Source of the DNA: an uncultured delta proteobacterium
GTDB taxonomy: Bacteria; Desulfobacterota; Desulfobacteria; Desulfobacterales; QNYZ01
DNA: 64,000 nt
Assembly (NCBI GenBank): GCA_963845145.1
Contig: CAWJQU010000002.1
Span: 512,001 to 576,000, forward strand
Reading direction: 5' to 3'
Position numbers and translations under genes: made by a program. Positions 1 through 9,700 of this stretch are shown piece after piece; position 1 is the stretch's first letter; each line of letters opens with the position of its first letter. The notes beneath the pieces were generated by a model. It saw nothing but the letters and a program-made list of their open reading frames with translations, was not told the DNA's origin and did not search any database.

Positions 1-115
1 GGACGAAGAGCCTCCGGCACTACTTGAAACGCATTATCGACCCGATGAAGTAATACGTAACTAAAATTCCTATCTACCAAGGAAACATACTGATAACACC
101 CTAAAGAGGATTACC

Positions 116-1873
116 TTGCCAAAACAATCATCAACCGAATTTAAAGCGAATTTTCCACGGATGGGTCGAATCAATACAGGACGCCCACCTGGGGGCGCAT
201 CCCAGACCTTTATCCTGCACGGAAACGTCAATGATCTTATTCCTATAAAAAGTGCGGATGAGACGACCTACGCCATGCTTCCCGAATTTTTATCATCGCA
301 GGTTTTTGGTGTATGGGATATGGTCATATACTACGACCAGGTGCGCGGGCCGCGCGCGTTGACCCGCAATCAATCGAAACTTTCCCAAATCAATCAGAAA
401 ATTGAACGTTTTATTGGGCCCGTGGAGCGGCTAAAGTCCAAACGCGACCCCGCGGTGGTATTGAATCTTCTGGATCGTTTTCTGGAACAGATTCTGCTAA
501 CGGAAAAAGAACGCCCCTCTGTGGCTTTGGTTCTGGATTACGCCCATTTTCTCACGCCCTCGACGTCTGTTTCTTACACTTCACGGGAAACGGCTTCAAA
601 CCTGGCAACGCTTCTCAATTGGGCCAAGAGCCCCTATTTCAAAAAAGCGTCATTTGCCTTTTGCCTGATATCCGAGCGCCTTAACGACCTCAATGCCGCC
701 ATGGTAAAAAATGCGCATGTGACCAAAATCGAAATCCCTTTTCCCGATAGAGAAGAACGGTTTCAGTTTATCAAGTGGGCATCACGAGGAAATTCCTTTG
801 ACCGGTTGAGTGACTTTAATATGGATGAATTGGCGCGGATGACGCCGGGTCTGATACTCATCCATCTTCAAGGTTTGATGAAGCGGGCGGCTCGCACCGG
901 GAAACGAATGACTCGAAAAGCGCTCAAGGGTTTCAAGAAAAATATGATCGAGAGTCAATGTGAGGGACTGGTTGAATTTATCGAACCGAAACACAACCTC
1001 GATCAGGTGGTGGGACATGAAGCAGCAAAAAAACGCTTGAGCGAAGATGTTCAGCTGATTCAGAAAGGCGATATTGACGCAGTCCCCATGGGATATCTCA
1101 TTTGCGGTCCGGTTGGAACCGGTAAAACCTTTCTGGCCGAATGTTATGCGGGGACGGTCGGAATCCCCTGCATGAAACTGCTGAACTTTCGATCAAAATA
1201 TGTGGGTGAAACGGAAGGGAATCTGGAAAAAATATTTAAAGTGCTACGTGTTATGGGACCTGTGGCCGTTATTATTGACGAGGCGGATGCGATGCTCGGC
1301 AACCGCGAGATGGAAGGCGATAGCGGTACTTCCGGTAGGGTTTTCGGCCAATTCGCAACCCAGATGGGTGATACCGCATATCGGGGAAATATCATCTGGT
1401 TTTTGTTAACCTGCCGTCCCGATCTTCTACCCATAGATTTAAAACGGCAGGGCAGGTGCGAAGTCCACATTCCGCTTTCAATACCCGATACGCCGGAACA
1501 GATAAACGGGATGTTTCTTTCAATGGCCGGCAAAAACAATATTGATTTCAATCTGGATAGTATCCCTGATATTCCCCCAGACATGAAGTTGAGCGGAGCG
1601 GATATTGAGGGGATTGTCATGCGCGCAAGGAGAATTGCGCTTCTAGCAGGAGAAACCTCCGTAAATAAATCGCATCTGGAATCCGCTTTTTTAAAATTTA
1701 TTCCCTCGGCGGATACCGATGAGAAACAACTGCAACTCCTTGCCGCCGTTCTTGAATGCACGGACATCAGTTTTCTACCCAAGGAATTCAAAACGGAAAT
1801 AATGGGTGGAAAAGGCCGGACGGCGCTGTTGGCGCAATTTAAAAACTTGAAACAGGCTATGGCGATGGGGTAA
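116..1873 (+). CDS. AAA+ ATPase (SpoVK/Ycf46/Vps4-like), degenerate N-terminal domain plus one intact AAA module
   Basis: Walker A GPVGTGKT, Walker B VIIDEAD, SRH RPDLLPIDLKRQGR. The N-terminus probably carries two compensating indels. Confidence 0.9.
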   Translation: MPKQSSTEFKANFPRMGRINTGRPPGGASQTFILHGNVNDLIPIKSADETTYAMLPEFLSSQVFGVWDMVIYYDQVRGPRALTRNQSKLSQINQKIERFIGPVERLKSKRDPAVVLNLLDRFLEQILLTEKERPSVALVLDYAHFLTPSTSVSYTSRETASNLATLLNWAKSPYFKKASFAFCLISERLNDLNAAMVKNAHVTKIEIPFPDREERFQFIKWASRGNSFDRLSDFNMDELARMTPGLILIHLQGLMKRAARTGKRMTRKALKGFKKNMIESQCEGLVEFIEPKHNLDQVVGHEAAKKRLSEDVQLIQKGDIDAVPMGYLICGPVGTGKTFLAECYAGTVGIPCMKLLNFRSKYVGETEGNLEKIFKVLRVMGPVAVIIDEADAMLGNREMEGDSGTSGRVFGQFATQMGDTAYRGNIIWFLLTCRPDLLPIDLKRQGRCEVHIPLSIPDTPEQINGMFLSMAGKNNIDFNLDSIPDIPPDMKLSGADIEGIVMRARRIALLAGETSVNKSHLESAFLKFIPSADTDEKQLQLLAAVLECTDISFLPKEFKTEIMGGKGRTALLAQFKNLKQAMAMG

Positions 1874-1957
1874 TCGGGAACATCGCCTAAGAATAGCGAT
1901 CCTCTTCATTTCGGCCTCGTAGCCTAATATGGGCTAAGCCCTGACGTTGTGCATCTT

Positions 1958-2830
1958 TTATCTAATTCTCTTCATAACCAGGATGTTCCCCCCAAGAATC
2001 AGCATGACACCGATGGCGGCCGAAATAGTCCACACGTACCCTTCCCAAAACGTAGAAATACCCAGTGCAATCAGAGGAAAGAGCAACGTAGCATAGCCGG
2101 CCCGATCAGCACCGATTCGGCCCACAAGAGTAAGATAGCATCCAAACGCAACCACGGACCCGAACACCGCTAGATAGACCAAGGCGCCAACGTAAACAGC
2201 TGATGTGTTAAAGGTAAACGGCTTACCCATCCAAAGGGCCAGAATAATAAGGCTGCCGGCCCCGTAAGTCATCCCATAGGCGTTGGCTTGAATCACGGGC
2301 AACCGGTATTTCTGGTTGCGGGCGGAGATAATATTGCCCAAAGAGGCGAGGAATGTGGCAACCAAGCCGAGTAGCAAGCCGCGAAAGCCGGCGTCGGAAA
2401 GGCTAAAACCACTCAACTCGGGCCAAAAAACAAAACAAATGCCCACAAACCCAATGCCCGCACCCAAAACCACCTGCAATCTCACCGGCGACTTTAAGAA
2501 TATCGCCCCGTTAATAATATTCATCACAACGATGGTGGAGAAGATCACGGCCACCAGCCCGCTGGCCAGATACAGTTCCGACATGTAGAACAGCCAATAA
2601 TTGAAGGCAAACAGACATAGGCCCTGAAGCGCAAAGAAAAGGTGGTCGGTAAAGGCAAACCGCATGGGTCGCCGGGAGACCAGGCAGTAAAACAGCAATA
2701 AACCCGCTGCCAGGACGAATCGATAGACAACGGAAATAAGGGGGTCTACCGCACCCAGTTGAAACGTAATGCCTACCCAGGTTGTTCCCCAGATGAAAAT
2801 GGTTACCAGATATAAAATGGTATTTTGCAT
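1958..2830 (-). CDS. EamA/DMT family transporter
   Basis: About 10 TM segments, IWGTTW motif, two EamA repeats. Start set at MQNTILY (2830). Confidence 0.9.
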   Translation of the reverse strand: MQNTILYLVTIFIWGTTWVGITFQLGAVDPLISVVYRFVLAAGLLLFYCLVSRRPMRFAFTDHLFFALQGLCLFAFNYWLFYMSELYLASGLVAVIFSTIVVMNIINGAIFLKSPVRLQVVLGAGIGFVGICFVFWPELSGFSLSDAGFRGLLLGLVATFLASLGNIISARNQKYRLPVIQANAYGMTYGAGSLIILALWMGKPFTFNTSAVYVGALVYLAVFGSVVAFGCYLTLVGRIGADRAGYATLLFPLIALGISTFWEGYVWTISAAIGVMLILGGNILVMKRIR

Positions 2831-3004
2831 GCCCTTGACCGCTCCTTTGTTTCGGGCACTATACCACATCGATTCAATCGAGGGACGGGAAATCGTCACT
2901 TGACTCAAAGGAACCTCATCCTGTAATGAAAATGGTCATACTGGTGTTTCCAGTCTGAATCAGGTTGATCGAGAACCTTACCTTAGCGGCCAAAGGTATC
3001 CGCC

Positions 3005-4525
3005 ATGTCCATTTCTCTGCCCGGCTTACTGACTCAATTCGAATCGGACATGATTCGTCAATGGGTGCATCTTTTGCGCACGGAATGCGGCGAACAGTAT
3101 GCTTCCCGGACAAAAGAGGAACTATACGCTACCGTATCCCAGGCCTACGCCGCCAATTATGAATTCCTCACAAATCACAATCTTCGCCCCATCGACAATT
3201 TTATCGACATCATTACCCGTATGCGCCTGGACGCCGGATTCAAGCTGTCGGATGTCCAAAAAGCATTCGAGCTGTTTCGAAACATCATTATTGCCATGCT
3301 GCTGGAACATGGCATCGCCGACGAGCTGAATGAAAACATCGCCAGGGTCAATCAATGTCTGTCCTACACCATCCACCGCTTCAGCGATTATTTTCAGATG
3401 ATGCATGAAACAGAGATCCTGGAACAAAATCGACAACTCGAGGAAACCATAAAACGGCGAACGTCCGACCTGGCGGAATCTCAGAAAAAATATAAAACCC
3501 TGGTGGAAGAGATCAACGACGGCTATTTTGTGATTCAAAATGAGCTGGTTGTTTTTGCCAACCAGGCCTTCTGCCGGATGCACGGCTATGAACTTCACCA
3601 GGTGATGGGAAAAAATTTCAAGGATTTTGTGGCCGCCGCTGACCGATCAAAAGTATTGGATATCTACCGCAAAAGCCTTGGCACGCTGCCGGTTCCGAAA
3701 GTTTTTGAATATCAACGACTCACTCAAGATGGCCGAACCTACCCCACTGAAATTCAGGCCAAGCGGGCTCAATTTGATCATAAAAATTCTAATATCGGCA
3801 TCTGTAGGGATATTACGAATCGGGTGAGAATGGAGGCCCGGGTCCGTGAAAATGAGCGGATGGCCTATATCGGACATATCACCGCCTCTTTGTCCCATGA
3901 AATCCGCAACCCGCTGTCCGCGGTAAAATTAAACCTGCAGATCCTGGCGAAAAACGAAAAAATTAAAGGCAATGACCAGCGCCGGATACGCATCTCGACG
4001 GATGAAGTCATTCGCCTGGAAAAAATTCTAAGCCAGCTCCTCGATTTTGCCAAACCCATACAGTTAAATAAAATCCCGTCGCGGCTGGAGCGAATCGCTA
4101 TCGATTTTACCGATCTTTTGGAAATGCAGTTCAGAGAGAAAAATCTGACCATTGACACTCAATATGATCCGAATATGCCGGCGGTAGACGTGGATCGCGA
4201 GAAAATCGGCCAGGCCGTGATCAACATTCTTTTAAACGCCATTGATGCCTCCAAAGAAGGCGATGTGATCAGGATTCAAACACAGTATAAAGAAGGTGAA
4301 AAAGCGTCGCAGGCCGAAATCATTTTCGAGGATCAGGGACACGGTTTTTCACCGGACATCGAGGATGAACTATTTAAACCTTTTTTCACAACGAAAAGCA
4401 GGGGTTCGGGCTTGGGTTTGAGCAATGTCAAACGAATTGTCGAAGCCCACGGAGGCTGGGTGGAAGCAAACCGGAAGGCGACACCCGGATCTACTTTCAA
4501 AATGTGCCTGCCGGTGGGGTGTTAG
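3005..4525 (+). CDS. PAS sensor histidine kinase with RsbRD-like N-terminal helical domain
   Basis: PAS domain (FANQAF...GICRDIT), H-box SHEIRNPL, N-box NILLNAIDA, G2 box GSGLGL. Confidence 0.92.
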   Translation: MSISLPGLLTQFESDMIRQWVHLLRTECGEQYASRTKEELYATVSQAYAANYEFLTNHNLRPIDNFIDIITRMRLDAGFKLSDVQKAFELFRNIIIAMLLEHGIADELNENIARVNQCLSYTIHRFSDYFQMMHETEILEQNRQLEETIKRRTSDLAESQKKYKTLVEEINDGYFVIQNELVVFANQAFCRMHGYELHQVMGKNFKDFVAAADRSKVLDIYRKSLGTLPVPKVFEYQRLTQDGRTYPTEIQAKRAQFDHKNSNIGICRDITNRVRMEARVRENERMAYIGHITASLSHEIRNPLSAVKLNLQILAKNEKIKGNDQRRIRISTDEVIRLEKILSQLLDFAKPIQLNKIPSRLERIAIDFTDLLEMQFREKNLTIDTQYDPNMPAVDVDREKIGQAVINILLNAIDASKEGDVIRIQTQYKEGEKASQAEIIFEDQGHGFSPDIEDELFKPFFTTKSRGSGLGLSNVKRIVEAHGGWVEANRKATPGSTFKMCLPVGC

Positions 4526-4526
4526 C

Positions 4527-5897
4527 ATGGCAAAAATACTGATCGTCGATGATGAGCATGCCATCTGTGAATCCCTTGACATGTTTCTTCTGGAAAAAGG
4601 GCACCAGGTGCAGAAGGCGACCAATGCCGCAAAGGGGATAGAACGTTTTAAACAGTTTCGGCCCGAGATCGTCATTCTTGATATTCGCCTTCCCGATTTG
4701 AGTGGTCTGGAAGTCCTGGAGAGAATGGTCGATATATACCCGGATGTTAAGGTGATCATGATCACCGCTTACCAGGATATGGAGACCACCATCGAAGCCA
4801 TGAAAAAAGGCGCCTTCGATTATATTCGCAAGCCTTTGGACGTCGATGAGATTGAAAAGGCCGTGGAACGTGCCCTGCGGATTATAAAAGTTGATCGCGA
4901 AACCCCCTGCGTGGACAAACCCCACCGGGCAGAAGAGGCGGGGGTCATTATCGGCCGGTCAGATAAGATGATCGATATATTTAAAACCATCGGACTGCTC
5001 TGCCAAAATCATGCAACCATTCTGATCCAGGGAGAAACCGGAACCGGTAAGGAGTTAATCGCCCGGGTCATTCATCGCAACGGCTTAAACCGTAACGAAC
5101 CTTTTATTGTATTGGATTGCTCGTCGGTGGTGGAAACGCTGCTGGAAAGCGAGTTGTTCGGTCATGAAAAAGGGGCGTTCACCGGTGCGACATCACGCAA
5201 AACCGGGAAAATTGAACAGGCCGCCAAAGGCACTTTATTCCTGGATGAAGTCGCTGAACTTCCCTTAAACCTTCAGGGAAAACTGCTGGGATTTCTACAG
5301 CGCCGGGAGTATACGCGCGTCAGCGGTCAGGAAACCCTTCAATCCCGATGCCGAATCATCGCCGCCTGCAATTGCGATCTATCGGAACGCGTGCGTCAGG
5401 GCAAATTCAAAGAAGATCTCTATTTCCGGCTACGTGTTGTCATGATCACCGTACCACCCTTGGTGGATCGAATATCGGACATTCCACACCTCGTGAACCA
5501 CTTCATTCACAAAATCAGCCTGGAACTAGGGACAGAGCCGGCAAAGCTGCAGCAGGGCGTCATCGACGAACTGTCTACGCACAATTGGCCGGGGAATGTT
5601 CGGCAGCTGGAAAATGCCATAGTCGAAGTTGTTGTCCAGGCTCACGGGAATGTCATTCTCAAGGAGGATATTCAAAAAGTCCTTAAACATGACCAGGATC
5701 TACCCGAATGCGGGATTACATCCTTTTCCTTAGAGCATGTGGAACGTGAACATATCTATAATACCCTATCCCAATTGGGATGGAATCGTAGCCGCACCGC
5801 CCGGGTACTGGGAATTTCTTTGCCCACTTTACGCAGCAAAATTCGTAAATATGATATCAATCCGCCGGATATAATTGCCAATCGTTTGTCGAACTGA
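4527..5897 (+). CDS. Sigma54-dependent response regulator (NtrC/AtoC family)
   Basis: REC domain ILIVDDE...LDIRLP, GETGTGKE, GAFTGA, WPGNVRQL, C-terminal Fis-type HTH. ATG lies immediately after the kinase stop. Confidence 0.95.
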   Translation: MAKILIVDDEHAICESLDMFLLEKGHQVQKATNAAKGIERFKQFRPEIVILDIRLPDLSGLEVLERMVDIYPDVKVIMITAYQDMETTIEAMKKGAFDYIRKPLDVDEIEKAVERALRIIKVDRETPCVDKPHRAEEAGVIIGRSDKMIDIFKTIGLLCQNHATILIQGETGTGKELIARVIHRNGLNRNEPFIVLDCSSVVETLLESELFGHEKGAFTGATSRKTGKIEQAAKGTLFLDEVAELPLNLQGKLLGFLQRREYTRVSGQETLQSRCRIIAACNCDLSERVRQGKFKEDLYFRLRVVMITVPPLVDRISDIPHLVNHFIHKISLELGTEPAKLQQGVIDELSTHNWPGNVRQLENAIVEVVVQAHGNVILKEDIQKVLKHDQDLPECGITSFSLEHVEREHIYNTLSQLGWNRSRTARVLGISLPTLRSKIRKYDINPPDIIANRLSN

Positions 5898-5911
5898 TCA
5901 CCACCGAATAA

Positions 5912-5944
5912 GAAAAATGTTTTCCACCCCTGAAAGAAACTTTC
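5912..5944. promoter_or_regulatory. Tandem palindromic enhancer (UAS) candidates for the sigma54 activator
   Basis: GAAAA-ATG-TTTTC (5912-5924) and GAAAG-AAA-CTTTC (5932-5944), 20 bp apart, about 100 bp upstream of a -24/-12 element. Confidence 0.65.
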
Positions 5945-6043
5945 TACCTGCATCCGAAGCCGACCACACCTCTTAGAGACGGCCAGCAAATATATTCTAA
6001 GCATCGCAAGGTGTTATGAAAAAATCGGTATCACTCCCCATCC

Positions 6044-6059
6044 CGGCATGGAAGTTGCG
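6044..6059 (+). promoter_or_regulatory. Sigma54 -24/-12 promoter
   Basis: CGGCATGGAAGTTGCG: GG-N10-GC matching TGGCAC-N5-TTGC, downstream of a bEBP gene and upstream of the transport operon. Confidence 0.75.
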
Positions 6060-6148
6060 TTATACAGTTTACGCGCATATGTCCGACAAAATCATACATG
6101 CTTGCAGCGGGACACCGTTGCATGACACAGCGGAACCAGGATCGGTTC

Positions 6149-6322
6149 ATGAAAATCAAGACCCTGAAACAATGCGAAAAAGACCACTTGTCGACCGTCC
6201 TGGAAAAAACATCCTGGAATATTGATAAATCAGCACATCTTTTAAAAATAACCAGGGAGGAAGTGTTACTCAAAATAGAGGAGTTCGGACTCAGCCAAAC
6301 GAAAAAGCACTCCGCGGGCTGA
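6149..6322 (+). CDS. Stand-alone Fis-type HTH protein (57 aa)
   Basis: TLKQCEKDHLSTVLEKTSWNIDKSAHLLKI resembles the HTH_8 tail of bEBPs. Confidence 0.75.
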   Translation: MKIKTLKQCEKDHLSTVLEKTSWNIDKSAHLLKITREEVLLKIEEFGLSQTKKHSAG

Positions 6323-6445
6323 GAACTACCACGATATGATCATACGGAATTAAAAAGCAACCCGGAGATCATAAAGGGGAAAAATGGATGTTCATCCCAA
6401 ATGCCGTCAATAGCGGCCCTAGCCCCAAAACCATGGAGGTATGAA

Positions 6446-7729
6446 ATGAAAATGGACCGACGTATCAGCCCAAAGATCAAATTGGCAGCCATTTTTTTTA
6501 CCGTCTTGATCCTTACTTACGGGATCTCGGTTGCCGCTGAAAAGCCCATTATACTGGGTGCCCCGCTATCGACCGCCTACCTCTATGGATGGGATGCCGA
6601 GCGCGGCTTCACCTTGGCTGTTGAAGAGATCAACGCGGCCGGTGGTGTGGATGTGGGCGGTAAAAAACGCCCCTTAAAATTAGAAGTCATCGATACGCGG
6701 GACTTAGAACCGGGGGTACCGGTCAGTGAAGCGCTGCTGGCGGTTGAGAAACTGATTTTGGATCGAAAAGCCGATTTTATCGTTGGCGGCCCGGTTCGTT
6801 CCGAAGCTGCCTTGGCAGCCATGTCCCTATTGTCCAAGTATAAAAAAGTATCCATTCTGACCACCGGTGCGCTTAGTCCAGCATATCACGCTACGGTGGA
6901 GAAGCAGTACGATAAATTTAAATACGCCTTTAGAATCCACGGTGAGGCCAAGCAACTGGTCAAAGAGATTCTTACCTGCCTGATCGAAATTCGCGAAAAG
7001 TATGGTCTCAATAAAGTGTTTGTCATGGTTCAGGATGTGGCCCATGCGCGTGCCGCCGGAAAAATTATCAGTAAGGTGGCTGCAGATAAAGGGTTCGATA
7101 TGAAAGGGCTGGAGATTTACCCCACCGGTACGGGAGACTTTTCTCTGGGACTGCTCAAAGCGAAGAAAGAAGGCGCTGAAGTCCTGAACATCTGGATGGA
7201 TATGCCTGAAAGCGCCATTTTGCTCAAACAGTGGTACGATCTGAAAATACCCGCCCTGCCCTTCGGATCTACCCTGGCAGCCGCTGAGCAGCCCGGTTTC
7301 TGGGAGGCCACGGCGGGTAAAGGTCAATATACCCTGGCCAGTGTGGTCAATGCCGGTAATGCCCCTAGCAACGCCACCGAATGGACGATGAAATTTTACG
7401 ATGCCTATACCAAACGATGGGACGTTGAACCGGAAGGGTTGGGGTCCTCCAGCAGCTACATGGCCGTTCATGTATTGAAAGACGCCATTGAAAGAGCCGG
7501 TACTATCGACTCAGATAAAGTGATCACCGCACTGGAACAAACCGACCTGATGGGTGTCTACGGTCGTGTTCGATTCGACCCCAAAAGCCACCAGATTATT
7601 CCGAGTTTTGACCCCAAAGAGGGCGCCGTGGGTACCATTTTCCAATGGCAGGACGGCAAACGGATCGTGGTGTTCCCCAAGAGCATTGCCATGGGAGAGA
7701 TTCAACTGCCACCCTGGATGAAAGAATAG
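6446..7729 (+). CDS. Liv-type ABC transporter substrate-binding protein
   Basis: Signal peptide, LAVEEINAAGGV motif, RBS GGAGG. Confidence 0.92.
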   Translation: MKMDRRISPKIKLAAIFFTVLILTYGISVAAEKPIILGAPLSTAYLYGWDAERGFTLAVEEINAAGGVDVGGKKRPLKLEVIDTRDLEPGVPVSEALLAVEKLILDRKADFIVGGPVRSEAALAAMSLLSKYKKVSILTTGALSPAYHATVEKQYDKFKYAFRIHGEAKQLVKEILTCLIEIREKYGLNKVFVMVQDVAHARAAGKIISKVAADKGFDMKGLEIYPTGTGDFSLGLLKAKKEGAEVLNIWMDMPESAILLKQWYDLKIPALPFGSTLAAAEQPGFWEATAGKGQYTLASVVNAGNAPSNATEWTMKFYDAYTKRWDVEPEGLGSSSSYMAVHVLKDAIERAGTIDSDKVITALEQTDLMGVYGRVRFDPKSHQIIPSFDPKEGAVGTIFQWQDGKRIVVFPKSIAMGEIQLPPWMKE

Positions 7730-7817
7730 AACCGCGCTGAAACGAGATCGGCTATTACCGCAATGGCCGATCTCACCATCGTTTACCTGAAGTGTCTGAA
7801 GCTTATAGGAATATTCC

Positions 7818-8684
7818 ATGGAAATTCTCATCTACGGCACCATCAATTCGGTCGCGCTGGCACTGTATGCGCTTGGTTTCGCTCTAGTATACGGCGTCAG
7901 TCGTCTGCCGAACTTTGCCCACGGTGCATTGTACGTTTTAAGCGGTTTTATTACCTGGACGGTATTGAATACGCTCGGTCTGAATTACTTCCTGAGCATT
8001 CTCGTTGCCCTTACGGCTACGGCTATTATCGGCGCCTTGATTTACCAGTTCGTACTGATTCGCATTCGCGGGATGGAAATATCGGAAATTATCGCGTCCT
8101 ACGCCATTGCCCTGGCTATTCTGGAGGGCATGCGCTGGGCCGGTTTCAGGGGGATGAACTATACGCTTCCGGCTTTTATCGAGGGCAGTACAACGATTGC
8201 CGGAGTCAGTGTCGATTATCACCGACTGATTGTGGTGGCAGCCGGTGCACTGTTGGTGGCTTCCCTATGGTTGTTTACCCGCTACACCCGTCTCGGCTTG
8301 GCCCTGCGCGGCATGGCCCAGGATGAACGGGCCGCGCTCATGCTGGGCATTGATTCGGATCTCATGGCCGTGGTCGCCATGGGGATCGGCTCTTTGATGG
8401 CCGGTATAGCGGCGGCATTACTTCTACCATTGGGAAATATCGTCGTAGAATCCGGATATAATGTCCTCATTTTAGCCATTGCCGTCTGTATTGTCGGCGG
8501 TATCGGTAGTTGGGGCGGTGCGGTTCTCGCGGCCTTTATTATCGGATTCGCCCAGATTTTCACAGAGGTTTTTGTAGGTGCCCATTTTCAAAAAGTGGTC
8601 GCCCTTTTCGCCATTATTGTTACCCTCATTATAAAACCCTCGGGTTTATTCGGCCAACAAAAAGAACTGGAAGAAAGGGTATAA
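7818..8684 (+). CDS. Liv-type ABC permease (LivH-like)
   Basis: GFALVYGVSRLPNFAHG, TRLGLALRGMAQD, KPSGLFG motifs. Confidence 0.92.
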   Translation: MEILIYGTINSVALALYALGFALVYGVSRLPNFAHGALYVLSGFITWTVLNTLGLNYFLSILVALTATAIIGALIYQFVLIRIRGMEISEIIASYAIALAILEGMRWAGFRGMNYTLPAFIEGSTTIAGVSVDYHRLIVVAAGALLVASLWLFTRYTRLGLALRGMAQDERAALMLGIDSDLMAVVAMGIGSLMAGIAAALLLPLGNIVVESGYNVLILAIAVCIVGGIGSWGGAVLAAFIIGFAQIFTEVFVGAHFQKVVALFAIIVTLIIKPSGLFGQQKELEERV

Positions 8685-8686
8685 TC

Positions 8687-9700
8687 GTGTCCACGGAACA
8701 AATGCGCCAAGAGAGAATCGACCGGGGGATAAAGGTACGTTCAGACGGATTGTATGCGCTAATGTCCTGGCGGGAGTTGTCCTACCTGCTAACGCCCCGA
8801 ACACTTTTAATCATCGGGATGTTGAGCCTGCCCATCATGATGCCGGGAGCTTACTGGCAACGGGTGGCTTCCATTGTCTGTATTTATGCGCTTCTCGCTA
8901 TTGGATTTGACTTTCTGGCCAATTACGTGGGGCTTGTCTCTTTGGGCGGCGCCTTTTTCATTGGGGTGGGGGGGTATATGTCCGCCATTTTTAACACCTA
9001 TTTCGGAATACCACCGCTTCTCGCCATCCCCATGGCCACCTTTGCCGGTGGTGTGCTGAGCACACTGCTCCTCTGGCCCTGCCTTCCATTACGAGGCGTC
9101 TATTTTGCCATTGTAACGTTGATGTACCCTTTGTTCGCCGCTCGGGTTATCGAGGCTTTCGATATCTTTGGCGGAACCGATGGGATTATGGGGCTCGACA
9201 GTATTCCCAATCCCGTTTTGGAGCAATACTTCATCATCGGTATGACCTTAATCGTTCTTTTCGCCATGCGTCGACTTGTCAACACCGATCTGGGCCTCAT
9301 CTTTCGGGCGGTAAAGGACAATGACCAGGCCGTCCGGGCATCGGGTATGAACGTCACCTACTATAAGGCCCTGGCCGTATTTATCGCATCGCTGATGGGA
9401 TGTTTCTCCGGGGCCTGTCTGGCCCATATCTATATGTGGTCCGGCATTTCCCAGTTTGCTTTGGATTTCTCAATCCTGCCTATTGCCGCGACGGTCATCG
9501 GCGGCAGCGGCACCCTTGCCGGGCCGCTTATCGGCTGTCTGATCCTGGTCCCGGCCTCTGAACTACTGCGGGATTTCGGCACCTTGCGAATCGCCTTTTA
9601 TTCCTTGATTTTGGTGGGATTTATCATTTTTCGCAGCGACGGTATTATGAGTTTTGGGCAAAGAAAATACGAACAATTTGAAAGGTGGACAAAGATATGA
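8687..9700 (+). CDS. Liv-type ABC permease (LivM-like)
   Basis: LRGVYFAIVTL and GLIFRAVKDND motifs; GTG start just after the previous stop. Confidence 0.9.
   Translation: MSTEQMRQERIDRGIKVRSDGLYALMSWRELSYLLTPRTLLIIGMLSLPIMMPGAYWQRVASIVCIYALLAIGFDFLANYVGLVSLGGAFFIGVGGYMSAIFNTYFGIPPLLAIPMATFAGGVLSTLLLWPCLPLRGVYFAIVTLMYPLFAARVIEAFDIFGGTDGIMGLDSIPNPVLEQYFIIGMTLIVLFAMRRLVNTDLGLIFRAVKDNDQAVRASGMNVTYYKALAVFIASLMGCFSGACLAHIYMWSGISQFALDFSILPIAATVIGGSGTLAGPLIGCLILVPASELLRDFGTLRIAFYSLILVGFIIFRSDGIMSFGQRKYEQFERWTKI

Noticed and set aside
1..64. Possible 3' end of an upstream CDS
   Set aside because: Two frames are equally plausible and too short to identify.
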